In this document: in pieces, positions 13,075-24,974 of the stretch
Layout of the letters: each line of letters begins with the position of its first letter
Numbering within the stretch: the first letter of the stretch is position 1
From: Eledone cirrhosa
Lineage: Eukaryota
Length of the DNA: 64,000 nucleotides
Reading direction: 5' to 3'
NCBI GenBank assembly: GCA_964016885.1
Contig: OZ024740.1
Coordinates: forward strand, 237,956,001 to 238,020,000
Program-made: the position numbers and the translations under genes
The notes under the pieces: model-generated
Seen by the model: only the letters and a program-made list of their open reading frames with translations
The model's database searches: none
What the model was told of the DNA's origin: nothing

Positions 13075-13775
13075 ACAATATTTAGGAATTTACACAATCC
13101 AGAACATAGGGGATCTAGTCATTGCAATCATCATTATCATCATTATCATCATCATCATCATTATCATTATCATCATTTTACATCTGTTTTCCATGCTGGC
13201 ATGGGTTGGACAGATATTCAGGGTCCAAAACTAGATGGGTCAGAGAATCATGTCCTGCTTATAAGTTCCTTATTTGGTTTGGTTTCTATGGCTAGCTACC
13301 CATCCTAGTGTCAATCAATTTACATAGTGTACTGGGTGCATTTTATCATGACACCAGCATAAGAGCAGTTGTCATATTTCAGCAAAATTAAGTTCTTTCT
13401 ACTCTATATTTTGATTCATTCACCAACTACTTTACGGAGAGCACTGGGGGCAGTTTATTGTGGCACCAACTCCGAAAAAGTTGTCAAGTCCTTGATATAA
13501 CTAAATGGGCCTCTCAATTATATGTTGATTTGGTAGAGAGCACTCTTTGGTCCTGTTAAGGACTTGACTACCTCTCTAATGTTAATCAATATTTAGGAAT
13601 TTTGGCAACCCAGAATTCAAGACATCTATTCCTTATAATATTTAGGAATTTGGGCAATCTAAAATACAAGGAATTTAGTCATTGCAATATTTAGGGACTT
13701 AGACAATCAACACGGAAAATAATGATTACGATATTTAGAAATTTAGGCAATCCAGAATTCAGGGGATCTAGTCTT
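13075..13775. repeat. Degenerate ~49-bp tandem repeat interrupted by an RTE-tail retroposon (about 13126-13590)
   Basis: ATATTTAGGAATTT.GCAA.CCAGAA..CA.GG.ATCTAGTC once at 13077 and about four times at 13588-13775. The insert begins with (CAT)n TTTTACATC. Confidence 0.6.
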
Positions 13776-13789
13776 CCACACAATTGATT

Positions 13790-16400
13790 TACTGAAAAGG
13801 GCGATTAGAATAGTGTCCATTAGGTTTGGTAAGGCAGTAGCAATAGACCAGAGGGTGAGCTAGTTAGAAAACTAGGTACTTAGAAAAGGCATCACGACCG
13901 ACGTGCTTGCAGCAAGATTGACACTCGACCAATTCTTCAATGCAAAGCATGAAGGCTGCGTTGTCAGTGCTATGGTGCATGCTCTCAGACGAAAACCGTT
14001 CAATGAGCCTGAGTGGTAGAGGTGCGTCGTGGAAACAAAGCCACGATCTGGTCTTTGGGGGACCACGATGGGCGCATGTTACTTGATCCCAGGCAGATGT
14101 GTGCGGTTTTTCAGCAGCACTTTGCTCAGCTGTTTGGGGATAGTGGTGGGCCGGATCGCAAGAAGGACTTTAGTGCCTACCTTGATGGCCTGCCGCGGCT
14201 CTTGGCCACTGAGGAGGAGTTTTGCAAAAAGCCGATAATAGCCACTGAAGTACGGGAGGCAATGACTGACTGCACAATGGGTAAATCACCTGGTTTGGAA
14301 GGTCTGCCCTACGAACTTTACATACATATGCCAGACTTGTTTGGAGACCTCTTGGTGGATGTCTACTGCAACTGGCAACAGAACGGAAGAATTCCCAGCT
14401 CTGTGAGCTGAGGAGCAGTGCTGCTGCTTAGAAAGGACCCAAACAAGGGGGACAACATAGATAATTTCAGGCCCATAACTCAGCTAAACCCAGATTTCAA
14501 GTTTTTGGCCAAGGTGCTAGCTAAGAGGTTGGCGCTTGTCGCCGTTAGTCTGGTGGGAGAGGCGCAGACATGCATCATTCCAGACAGATCCATCCACAAC
14601 AACCTCTACTTCATGTGATACATCATGTCATGGAGAGGGTAGCTAACAAACCTGGCACAAGTGGGTCCTTGATCAATTTAGATGAGTCGAAAGCTTTTGG
14701 TAGGGTCGACAATCATTATCTGTCAGCGGTCCTGAGGGCAGTCAGATTTGGGCCCGTCTTCAGAGGCTGGATCACTGCTATGCACAGTGACATCTGCTTT
14801 GTGGTGAGAGAGAACAGTCACCTTTTGGAACCATTCAACCACATGCACTCAGTCCGCCAAGAGGCATCCCACATGAACTGGGATGCGGGAGAACCATGTT
14901 AGCATATGCTGACGATGTCGCCATAGCGGTGTTGAACAGCAAACACATTGAGACAATCAGCATTACTCTAAGTGAATATGAGGTGATGACAGGACCATAA
15001 TTAACCAGGAAAAGTCGGTGGGCCTGCGGCTTGGCACTTGGAGAGGGAGGTACATGCCGTCCAACAGCGTCGTCAGGACACATTAAATTGCTAGGGGTCT
15101 GGTTCAGTCCAGACCTCAGATAGACAAAAACTGGGATGAGGTGATAAGCAAGATGGCCTCTCTCATCTAGAAATGGGCCAAGAGGAAGCTTTCTCTGAAA
15201 GGTCGCTTTTTGTGGAAGGGACGCGCTCTGATGATCAGGCAGTCTATTTGCTGTCAACACCTTCTACATACAGGACTGGGCATGCCATGGCTGATGATGT
15301 GCAGACATGCGCTCAGGCTATGGCATCTCCACCTCTTTCTCAACAGTGAACAGCTGTGGTCGCTGTTTGCTAGACATGTTTTTCCCCAGCTCGTCTCCTT
15401 GATGGAACTGCAGTCTTAGGTCAAGCGAAGACCGAGAGGAAGCGCTTGGAGGCTGGAATATCTTCAGGCGCTCACAGCTTTCAGCCAGTTGGGCGATGCG
15501 ATCGGTGGAAACTCCACCTTTGTGTTCTATAGAACGGTTAGTGGAGAGAAAGAGCAATGACCTCCTTGGAGAGACTCTGGACATTGATGAAAATCAACTA
15601 GCCAATTTCTTTGGGAGAACTTTCGGGAAGGGGCCCATGGACAACTGCCAGAAATCCCTGGCCTGGCAGTGCTACGGGGGAGTTTTGCAAGTTCGAAATA
15701 AACTCTACAGGCATGGAAGTGCTGTCAGCCAGACCTGTCCAAGATGCACACAGGGTAATGAAACTGTCCTGCATGCACTCATCCAATGACCGAGCATTGC
15801 TGACTTGTGGGTCTATGTCAAACACCTGCTGTCACATGGAGGATGGATCTGGCTATTAGCTGAGTCCATCGTGAGAATTGCTCCACCGCCTTCCTTTAGC
15901 CGAGAAGGGCAGGCAGTTTTTATCTGATTGGTGGCCATGGCAAAAGAGGTTGTGTGGTCGTTTGGTGGACGTGTTTGAAAGGGCTAAAGATGAGCACTTA
16001 CCTCTTCGGTGATACCGTGATTAACTTTTTCAAATTTCATTTGAAAAGGAAAATCAGGGTGGAGAGGGAAGTGCTCTCTTCCCTGCAATTTGTTGAAAGA
16101 TGGGTGAGAGAGGCTAGCATGGCCCGAGTGAATGGGCCTGCTCTGAGTATCCACCTGTAGACTGTAGGTGAAAAACTGAGTGAAGGCACTTGCCCTGGGG
16201 GCTAGGATCACCGAGGCTTTTTGAGGGCTTTCTCCACAAGTGACCCTCGGAGCTCTTCCCCCTGTTGGGAAATTTCTTTTGTTTCATTTTTTTGTTATTG
16301 TTTTTTTTCTTTACACGCAGAAATGTTTATTTGTACTCTCCTGCGCTGTCCTTAATGTTATACTTTATTTCAACCCTTGTGGTTAATAAAGAAAGCATTA
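13790..16400 (+). mobile_element. Tx1/L1-clade LINE, 5'-truncated and internally deleted, with RT, C-terminal zinc knuckle and 3' end
   Basis: GKSPGLEGLPYELY, NFRPITQLN, SKAFGRVD, AYADDV and CPRCTQGNETVLHALIQ*; ends GTGGTTAATAAAGAAAGC(ATT)n; many stops and frameshifts. Confidence 0.93.
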
Positions 16401-16621
16401 TTAATATTATTATTATCATTATTATTATTATAGAAATAAATTCTACAGGACTAGATGTGTTTCATTCGTAAGAAGTCATTTCTATAATAAAGTAAAGATG
16501 CCTATATACTACTAACATATTGAGTACCTTTTTTAACTGTGATCATCTCCTGATGTTAGAGCTAACACCTTAATTCTATTTTCTGGCCAAGCCAGCTGAT
16601 AGCTCTATATGCAAATGAGGC

Positions 16622-17436
16622 TAATCAGCCCATGTACATAGGTGTCAAAACTATATGGTTTCACCTATATTGAGTTCCAGCAGAGATCAGGGTAAGCGAA
16701 CACTGAATTGATAATGACCAGAGTCAGAAACTATGTCATCGTTGCTTCTGCTGGAAACTACTAAATGGCACTATGTCATCAGTTTCCAAATTCATAGCTG
16801 AAGGCCTTCAAAATGTTTATTTGTAAGCATACCATGTATCGCTAGATATACAAAATACGCATACTTATATGTATCAGCTATGTTAGAACCAACACCTTAA
16901 TTATATGTATATATATATAACAAAGTGTTGTTGCTTGCTTGAAGCATTGTGGAATAAGAAATAGAAATTTAAGTCATTGTCATCATCATCATCATCATCA
17001 TCATTTTACATCCGCTTTTCCCTGCTTGCAAGGGTGGAACAGGTCCTATTCATTACAGCATCTCTCCATTCATCACGATCCTTTATCATCTCCTCCATGA
17101 GCTTCAGCAATCTGAGATCAGCTCTCACCACCTTCGCCCATGTTTTTCATGGTCTTCCTCTACTGCGTCTTCCTTCCACTGTGATTTTTTTGGCATTTCT
17201 TTACCCAGCGGTCATCTTACATGTGCATCACATGTCCATACCAACGCAGTCTGCTCTCCCACTCTCTACAGCTTATCCCTCTCATACACAGTTTCTCTCT
17301 CAACTCATCTATGCTTGGTCATTCAATCATATTGACATTGCACATCCAACGGAATGCTCTGTTACCCTACTCTCTGCTGGAACTCAATATGGGTAAAAAC
17401 ATATAGTTTTGACACCTATGTACATGGACTGATTAT
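16622..17436. mobile_element. Inverted-repeat (MITE-like) element of ~75-bp arms with nested insertions
   Basis: TAATCAGCCCATGTACATAGGTGTCAAAACTATATG...GAGTTCCAGCAGAGA (16622-16695) mirrors 17362-17436. Confidence 0.65.
16977..17355 (-). mobile_element. RTE LINE 3' end with (ATG)n tail
   Basis: ELREKL..RLRWYGHVM..RGRP*KTW, ending CCCTTGCAAGCAGGGAAAAGCGGATGTAAA(ATG)n. Confidence 0.85.
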
Positions 17437-17539
17437 ATATATATATATATATATATATAGTTAATAAATAAAACAACAAAACACAGGAAGCAATTTTACA
17501 TAGTTATATTAGGTTCATGCTTGGTGGAAGTGGAGGAGG

Positions 17540-17575
17540 TTTCAACGTTTCGGACAGAAGTCCTTCTTCAGAAAA
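17540..17575 (-). ncRNA. Minimal type I hammerhead motif in a PLE pseudo-LTR
   Basis: Minus strand TTTT-CTGAAGA-AGGAC-TTCT-GTCC-GAAAC-GTT-GAAA. Confidence 0.78.
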
Positions 17576-17651
17576 GTTATGCTAAGGAGAGAACAGAGAC
17601 ATGTAAGAGTAGTATGAGAAGATTAGGGAAGGAAATTGAAAAAAAAAAAAG

Positions 17652-17689
<38 letters not shown>

Positions 17690-17691
17690 CA

Positions 17692-17902
17692 ATGAGTAGG
17701 ACCCCGACGGCTGAGCTCAAGCCGTTTCGACGGCTAATTCTGGACTAAATAGAAATGTTTATTTAGTCCAGAATTAGCCGTCGAAACGGCTTGAGCTCAG
17801 CCGTCGGGGTCCTACTCGTTCCTATTACCCACTCTACTACCCTAAGTATTGAGTACTTTGGTGCGGTATGGTCCACCTGGTTCCTTACCCCATTTTCTTT
17901 GT

Positions 17903-17905
<3 letters not shown>
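17692..17905 (+). mobile_element. PLE-like terminal fragment (family B) with short inverted 5' copy, inside (TA)n
   Basis: 17692-17751 mirrors 17760-17820. Near-identical copy at 49822-49962 minus. Contains a hammerhead 3' half GAAACGGCT..AGCCGTC. Confidence 0.7.
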
Positions 17906-17937
<32 letters not shown>

Positions 17938-18209
17938 ATGTGTGTATATATATATATATTTACATATAAACCAATATTTGTACTGCTTCTCTGTTTTTGT
18001 TCCTCTCTCTCTCTATATATATATATATAGAGAGAGAGAGCCAGTCTTGGGTGCCAGGGTGGAGGGTAGGGTGGCATGGGTAGGGTTTTGTGTGTGTTGA
18101 AGGGAAGAAATTGGTAGGTGTGCGTGGCTTCAGTCTGTGTCCCAGAATCTTATAAAGTGAAGTCTGTAAAGTTTTAGTTTATTTTATGTATGTGAATGTG
18201 TATGTATAT

Positions 18210-18600
18210 CATTTCATCATCATCATCATTTCATTTTACGTCCGCTTTTCCCTGCTTGCAAAGGTGGGACGGGAACTGATTCTGGCTTGATTTCTACAGC
18301 TGGATGCCCTTCCTAACACCAACCTCATTTACAGTGAGTGCTGGGTGCTTTTTTTCCGTGGCGTCTACACGTCCACTTTACAGTGTGGGCTGGGTGCTTT
18401 TTTGCCATGACACCTCCACAACCACTTTGCAGTGGAAAGAAAGGGACCCCAGTCCCTATCATCTCATTTCTACAGCTGAGTAAACTGGAGCAATGTGAAA
18501 TAAAGTGTCTCTCAAGGAAACAACACATCACTCAGTCTGAGAATTGAACTCACAACCTTTCGATTGCAAGGCCAATGCTCTAACCACTAAGCCATGTGTG
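18210..18600 (-). mobile_element. SINE family 1 full copy with RTE-derived tail
   Basis: TGGCTTAGTGG A box, GAGTTCAATTC B box, CORE-like segment, tail CTTGCAAGCAGGGAAAAGCGGACGTAAAATG. Confidence 0.88.
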
Positions 18601-18796
18601 TATATATCTGTGTATGTGATGTTTCTATTGTTTTTATGTATGTTGGTGTGTAATTTAGCATATGTGTGTATTACCACGTGTGTAGTGTGTATTACCACGT
18701 GTGTATGTTGTATCCACAAGAGTGTTGTGGTTGTGCTCGGTCGGAAGTGAGAATATATTATTGTGTGTGTGTGTGTTGGAGTATCCAGGTAATCAG

Positions 18797-18963
<167 letters not shown>

Positions 18964-19629
18964 TCTAGTCTAAGAATTCATTATTATGAGAAGAGAATAA
19001 AATGTATATTATTGATACATTTTAATAGAATGCCAATATGCTGATAATATTTTCCTAAGAGATTTCTACAGTTGTCAAACATTTCCAATATTAATTTCAA
19101 GTATATGAGATATATCAAAGATATAGTTCTTTATGTTGGAATTTTCTTCCAAATAACAGAATAAAATCAACAACAGTAAACACTGTAAAATCCTCCCCTA
19201 TAATTTCCAACAATATTGGTGCTTCTCAGAAAAATATTTTCTCAAGACACACGCATGTACACATACAAGATATATTTTCTCTCTTGCTTTTTTTCTTTCT
19301 CTCTTTCTCTCTCACTATATATGCTCACTCCACTTTTCCCTTCACTGCTCTGTATACACACATACACACCCTTATATTAACATACTTTTTCTCATAGCTT
19401 CGTACTTACATGCACACACTCTTTTACTCACATATACACACACATTTGTTCTTAGCTTCGTACGGATGTATAATAACACACACACACATGCTTACGCACG
19501 TGCACAAGTATAGCTCTTTTTAAAAAACGGTTTTTTTTCCATTTCAGGTAGACGCGCTCCATCATCCACTTTTCTAAAAAAATAAATCATACAAAATACC
19601 AGCACCAATAGTTTTCCAAGAGATGTCAA

Positions 19630-19850
19630 CATGAATGGACCTGTTATTTTTATCTAAAGACATTTTTTCCAATTCCAACCCGCCCGTCCCCTCAATCTAT
19701 CTTATTTCTCATTCTTTCTTCAGATGAATGACTAACATCCGAAATGTTAAGACCCTCTTCCTGCTATATCAAGCGTTAACCTAATATATCCCTTCCATAT
19801 ACTGTGCCGATTGTGTTGTTATTTCTGTTTACCTTTTACATACATATATA
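19630..19850 (+). mobile_element. PLE pseudo-LTR family A with decayed hammerhead (19717-19752)
   Basis: Close match to 22990-23200; core reads CAGATGA..GAAATGTT; ends in (TA)n. Confidence 0.8.
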
Positions 19851-19859
19851 TATATATAA

Positions 19860-20220
19860 AATTCGTTTTTGAATTTGTTTTGCGAGATTTCTTATCTGAA
19901 AACGTGTGTTGAAACAAATATTGTTATATTTTGGGAGGGTCATGTTGCCAATAAAAACACACGCACTTGTTGATTTTCACTTCAGTTTATTATAAATTTT
20001 CAGTTGGTTGGTTGGTTCGATAATCGGAAGGTTGTTTATATATTGTCAAAGCCCCTTTGTTCTGTGTTACAATACACAAAAACAAGATGGTGTAGGACAG
20101 AACAAAGGCGAGACACACAAAATAAAAACCTAGTCACTGAGAAGGTCACAGAATAATAAATTGAAGTGAAAACCAACAGGTGCGTGTGTTTTTATTGGCA
20201 ACATGACCCTCCCAAAGTAT

Positions 20221-20227
<7 letters not shown>
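19860..20227. mobile_element. Non-autonomous long-inverted-repeat DNA element (relatives at 23520-23690 and 61863-62227)
   Basis: TATTGTTATA.TTTGGGAGGGTCATGTTGCCAATAAAAACAC near 19918 and its reverse complement ending near 20227; TA flanks. Confidence 0.8.
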
Positions 20228-20252
<25 letters not shown>

Positions 20253-20257
20253 TACAG

Positions 20258-20309
20258 GGCTTTCCTGATGATTCCTCCCAAATGAAACAGTTCTAGTCCT
20301 GTAGAAGCC
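20258..20309 (+). ncRNA. Type I hammerhead-like motif forming a ~70-bp island in (TA)n
   Basis: GGCTTTC-CTGATGA-TTCCTCCCAAAT-GAAACAG-TTCTAGTC-CTGTA-GAAGCC; stems I and III pair, stem II is weak. Confidence 0.62.
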
Positions 20310-20932
20310 ATTTCTATATTGTATATATATATATATATATATATAAATATATATAAGGAAAAGAAATCGAAAATACAGCCTGAGTCTTTTTAAGAATATT
20401 TGTTTGTTCCCTTTACTGGTTTCACAGTTCTTATGCTTTTCAAAAGTAGAATTGAGATGGAGGGTTTATGGTTTTTCTCACGTCTAGTTGGTGTTCAAAT
20501 GTTACTTCTGTTTTATGTGGAAAAAAGTGACTCGAATTGCTAGGTTTTTTTTAAAAAGATAATTTGGTTGGTTGATGACTGTCACGTGAATAAGTACATC
20601 AACTTTCACACCGGTTCACGTTTGAGGGTTCTTTATTGTCATTTTCTCTTTAAAATACAGGTTAAATTGTTGTTTTTTTTGTAAATGTAATTTGGTTGGT
20701 TGATGACTGTCAACAAATTTCGCATCATTTTCACTGTCACATGATTTTTCATAGAAAGTTTTGTGCCAAACAAAAGATAATGGTCAAGAAAAGGGAGGGG
20801 GAGAAATCGTTCTGGTTCAGTGATGTGCAGATGTGTCAAAATTCAGACTTTCTATTGAAATAAATTGAATGTTTGTGTCAATAGTCGTGGTGATGGCGGC
20901 AGGGTAGAAAATAGAAATATATATTTTTATTT

Positions 20933-21300
20933 GTGTGCGGATGTGTGAAGGATGACATATGTATAAAAAGGTACAGGGCGATCAAAGTTGATGGAAGCTA
21001 TGAAGTAGGAAGACCCAAGAAGACCTACAATGAGGTGATAAAAGCTGACCATGCACAATTGGACCTCCCAAAGCCAATGACACAGGATAGAGATCTTTGG
21101 TGTTATGCAGTAATACAGAAGACCTGCCTTCCCATGTGCACAAACTGAAATTTAGTATGTACCTCTTAACCATTATCCTCCCTCCCCTTCCATACACATC
21201 CCGCACCCTAACATTCCACACACATCTGATCATACCATCCTTACACTGTAAAGTTGTCATATTGGTATCACATCAAAAAGCATACAGCCCACATTGTAAA
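20933..21300 (+). mobile_element. RTE 3' fragments
   Basis: DDICIKRYRAIKVDGSYEVGRPKKTYNEVIKAD, with an adjacent minus-strand piece MIRCVWNVRVRD. Confidence 0.6.
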
Positions 21301-21911
21301 GTAGTCATGCAGGCGTCATGACAAAAAGCTCTCAGTCCACACTATAAAGTGGTTGTGTAGATAGAGGGCTCAACAAATGTTCCCCTTACCGCAGGTTTGT
21401 CAGCAAAAGAACAAAATTGACCATCAAAATTAATTAAGATAACTCATTCAGCCAGAACTTACCAATTTTTAGAGGGGGTTCTGTTTCCTATTATAAGAAA
21501 AATAGATAAATTTACCTTTGCCAAACATTATGTACATACAAAAAGATTAAGCATAGTGCATAATACTGTACAGATGCATAGAACTAACAATAAGGTAACA
21601 TTTGTAAATTACAGACTTGGTGACGTGTATAAAATTATTACTAGAAACAACAGTCAACTTAAACTCCCTAACAACTCAACATTTAAGGAGTAGCAAATAT
21701 TATATGTTTAAAAATTTGTCAGTAATATACTTTACATCACAATAAACAATTCTGTTCTTTTCTCATGAAACTGCAGTAAGGTGAATATTTGTTTAGCCCT
21801 CTAGCTTTAGGTCACTTAACAAGGAATCTACCCCTAGGGTGAGATGCATGTGAAGTTTCTTTATTTTAAAGTACTTTACTGTGATCTTCCCTTTGGCTCG
21901 TTTGCACCTTA

Positions 21912-21948
<37 letters not shown>

Positions 21949-22067
21949 TGGCCTTTAACGTATGTTGTAGCTCTGGTTCATCTGAATCATTGAGAGCTTG
22001 CCACACATCTCGGAAGTTGTTTTTCGTTAATTCTTAAGCCGAAATACGATTCTCGCTAATTTATATT

Positions 22068-22158
<91 letters not shown>

Positions 22159-22204
22159 CGTAAAATAAGAAAATTATAAAATTAACTTACTTACTAAAAT
22201 TTCA

Positions 22205-22284
22205 CTCCCAACTAATTAGTTTCTGAAATGGAATAAATATACTTTCCGAAGAAAATACAGAGAAGCATTTCGTCGTCAGGGAAG
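22205..22284 (-). ncRNA. Type I hammerhead motif in a PLE-like terminus
   Basis: Minus strand CTTCC-CTGACGA-CGAAATG...CATTTCA-GAAAC-TAATTA-GTT-GGGAG; palindromic stem III ACTAATTAGT. Confidence 0.72.
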
Positions 22285-22835
22285 ACTATTCTCAGCTAAG
22301 TATCCAGGCAAAGCGAGGACTCTGGAAACTTATACAAAAATAATTCAGTGGATAGAAAATAGCAAAGCGTGGACTGAATTCCTAGCCACTGAGAAAATCA
22401 CTGCCTCTGCGTCGGTGGCAAATTCAAAAAGAATCAATCACGTGACATCGAGGTCAATCAGTGGAAAGTGGTTTGTTAATAAGACAGCGGCCTGCCTGCT
22501 ACCATAGCAACAGTCTTGGCCAATATTGCTCGACAAATAATTTGGAGATAATTATAAAGAATTAATATCTAGTAACATATATATACATACAGATGCATAT
22601 CAATGCTAGCAAATATATAGGTTTTGTCTTAGTAACTTTGTGGTTCAATGCATGGGGTTGCAGAACAATAATATATATATATATATATATATAAGAAGCA
22701 AAGAAAATTTCAAAGATACGAAAGATTTCCTGGTGGAAGTTCAGGTGTACTCCGGGTTGGTATCCAGTTTCCAGGTGAAAGTCGAATCAGAAAATCCAAC
22801 GAATTTTGAGAGGTCCACGTAAGCGTTGATATATA

Positions 22836-23198
22836 TATGTATGTAAAAGGTAAACAGAAATAACAACACAATCGGTACAGTATATGGAAGGTATATATTA
22901 GGTTAACGCTTGATGTAGCAGGAAGAGGGTTTTAACGTTTCGGACGCTAGTCCTTCATCAGAAGAAAGAATGAGAAATAAAATAGATTAATGGACCTATT
23001 ATTTTTATCTAAAGACATTTTTTCCAATTCCATCCCGCCCGTCCCCTTAATCTATTTTATTTCTCATACTTTCTTCTGATGAAGGACTAGCGTCCGAAAC
23101 GTTAAGACCCTCTTCCTGCTATATCAAGCGTTAACCTAATATATACCTTCCATATACTGTACTGATTGTGTTGTTATTTCTGTTTACCTTTTACATAC

Positions 23199-23200
<2 letters not shown>
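22836..23200. mobile_element. Inverted pair of PLE pseudo-LTRs (family A) flanked by (TA)n
   Basis: 22836-22990 is the reverse complement of 23047-23200, with a ~56-bp spacer; the typical 5'-truncated inverted pLTR layout. Confidence 0.88.
23072..23107 (+). ncRNA. Minimal type I hammerhead ribozyme, intact core (mirror copy 22930-22965 minus)
   Basis: TCTT-CTGATGA-A-GGAC-TAGC-GTCC-GAAAC-GTT-AAGA; loopless palindromic stem III of the kind seen in dimer-dependent PLE HHRs. Confidence 0.85.
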
Positions 23201-23230
<30 letters not shown>

Positions 23231-24753
23231 TTATCAAATTAGTGTAGTTAAGACAGGATTATTTCATCATAATTGTTTTATTGCATGATATATATTTCTG
23301 TTACACGGTTATACATGTGACTTCATCAGATTCTTAGGCAATCGTAGATGCAGTTAGGCAATCATTGGGATATGCTGCTAGCCATGTATAACCATGTGTG
23401 TGTGTGTGTGCAAAAGGCAAACAGAAATAAAGCAAACAACACAGTGCAATGAAGAAATATATTATTGTTAGTTTTATGCTTGATATAGTAGGAAAAGAGA
23501 CTTAACATTTCAGATCACACGCAGCTGGTGGGTTTCATTTCAACTTATTATAATAATTTCCCAGTCGGAGAGTTTAATAACTGGATTGTTTAACTAACCA
23601 AGTGGGAAATTATAATGATAAATTGAGGTGAAACTCAACTGGTGGGTCTGTTTTTATTGGCAGTATGACCCTCCCAAAGTATAACAATAAATATTGGTGT
23701 CAATATGATTGACTAAATCCTTTTAAGGCAATGCTCCATGATGGCCTCAGTCTAATGACTGAAAGAAACATAAGAATGAAAGAATATGTTTATTGAAACT
23801 TACCATAGGTAAGGGTTGGTATGAATACTGAATTGAAGATAGCTATTACAATCCTTACCCTTTTAATACCAGCCAACCAGAGCCTGGCTTTACTAAAGTG
23901 TCCATACATCAATTAAAATCTTGATCAAAATTTCATTATAACATGAATCATATACTTAGATTTCAGTTGGCCAACACCAATATAATACATACCAATATAT
24001 AAAGTTGCAGATATTTTACTAAACACCTTTAAAATCTAGATTATATTGAAAATTAATTGAATCACATTGGCAGCCTATTCATAAAAAATATAGTAATGAA
24101 AAAGTTTAAAATTTCTCATGCAAACTAATGTTGTTAGATAAATTATAATTGAAATGTGTATATGTTTTAAATATAGATATACTTCAGTTTATTGAATGTG
24201 TTTTCAACGTTGGTGTTACGTGGGTATATTGATTGTAATTAAGTCTATCATGTGAATTGTTCTGATAACACTTTTATTACTAAAAGCCAATAAACTCCCT
24301 TTGCCATTAGAACTGCCTACAGTGTTGTTATATTAAAGCATACCAAGTAGAGACTGCCATGTTTGCTGGTATATCTAGTATATAATTTTTATTATATGTA
24401 GTATATGTTTTGTTGTAGTTGTTTAGCACCAGATCAGCCCTAATCTTGCAGATCCCGTATTCATTTAGACATAGGATTACATTATGCGTGTATCTATGAC
24501 TAAATTATCCAATGTGCTTCTTCTTTTTAAGATGATTAGATGTGATTTGAAGGAGATTTGGCTGCTATTTCTAGTAAGTCAAATGACAAATTAGTGGATC
24601 AAGTCCTTGCTTATATCGCAGATATATCATTGTTTAGCCCCAGGTCAACCCTAATCAAGCAGATTTTTAGATCAAAGGCTTTCCACCATAAACATCATGT
24701 ATTTTTCTTTTGTTCAGGAAACCCAGTAATTCATCTAACATGTTCTTTCTTAA

Positions 24754-24974
24754 CCCTTTAGCATTCAAACCGGCCATATCCGGCCAGAATTCTCTCACCT
24801 CTTTCTGTTCAAACTGGCCATAACTTGCTACTAATACTGATGTTAAGGTATTATTCTCAAAGTAAATAATATCAAAATCTCATTGATTCAATATTATGTG
24901 AGATAATTATGTGAGGTAAAGCCTTTACCATGAAAATACAATAGTATATATAGAGTAATGAAAATGCTAAAGGG
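24754..24974. mobile_element. piggyBac-type MITE
   Basis: TTAA|CCCTTTAGCATT...AATGCTAAAGGG|TTAA: 12-bp TIR and TTAA TSD. Confidence 0.85.
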
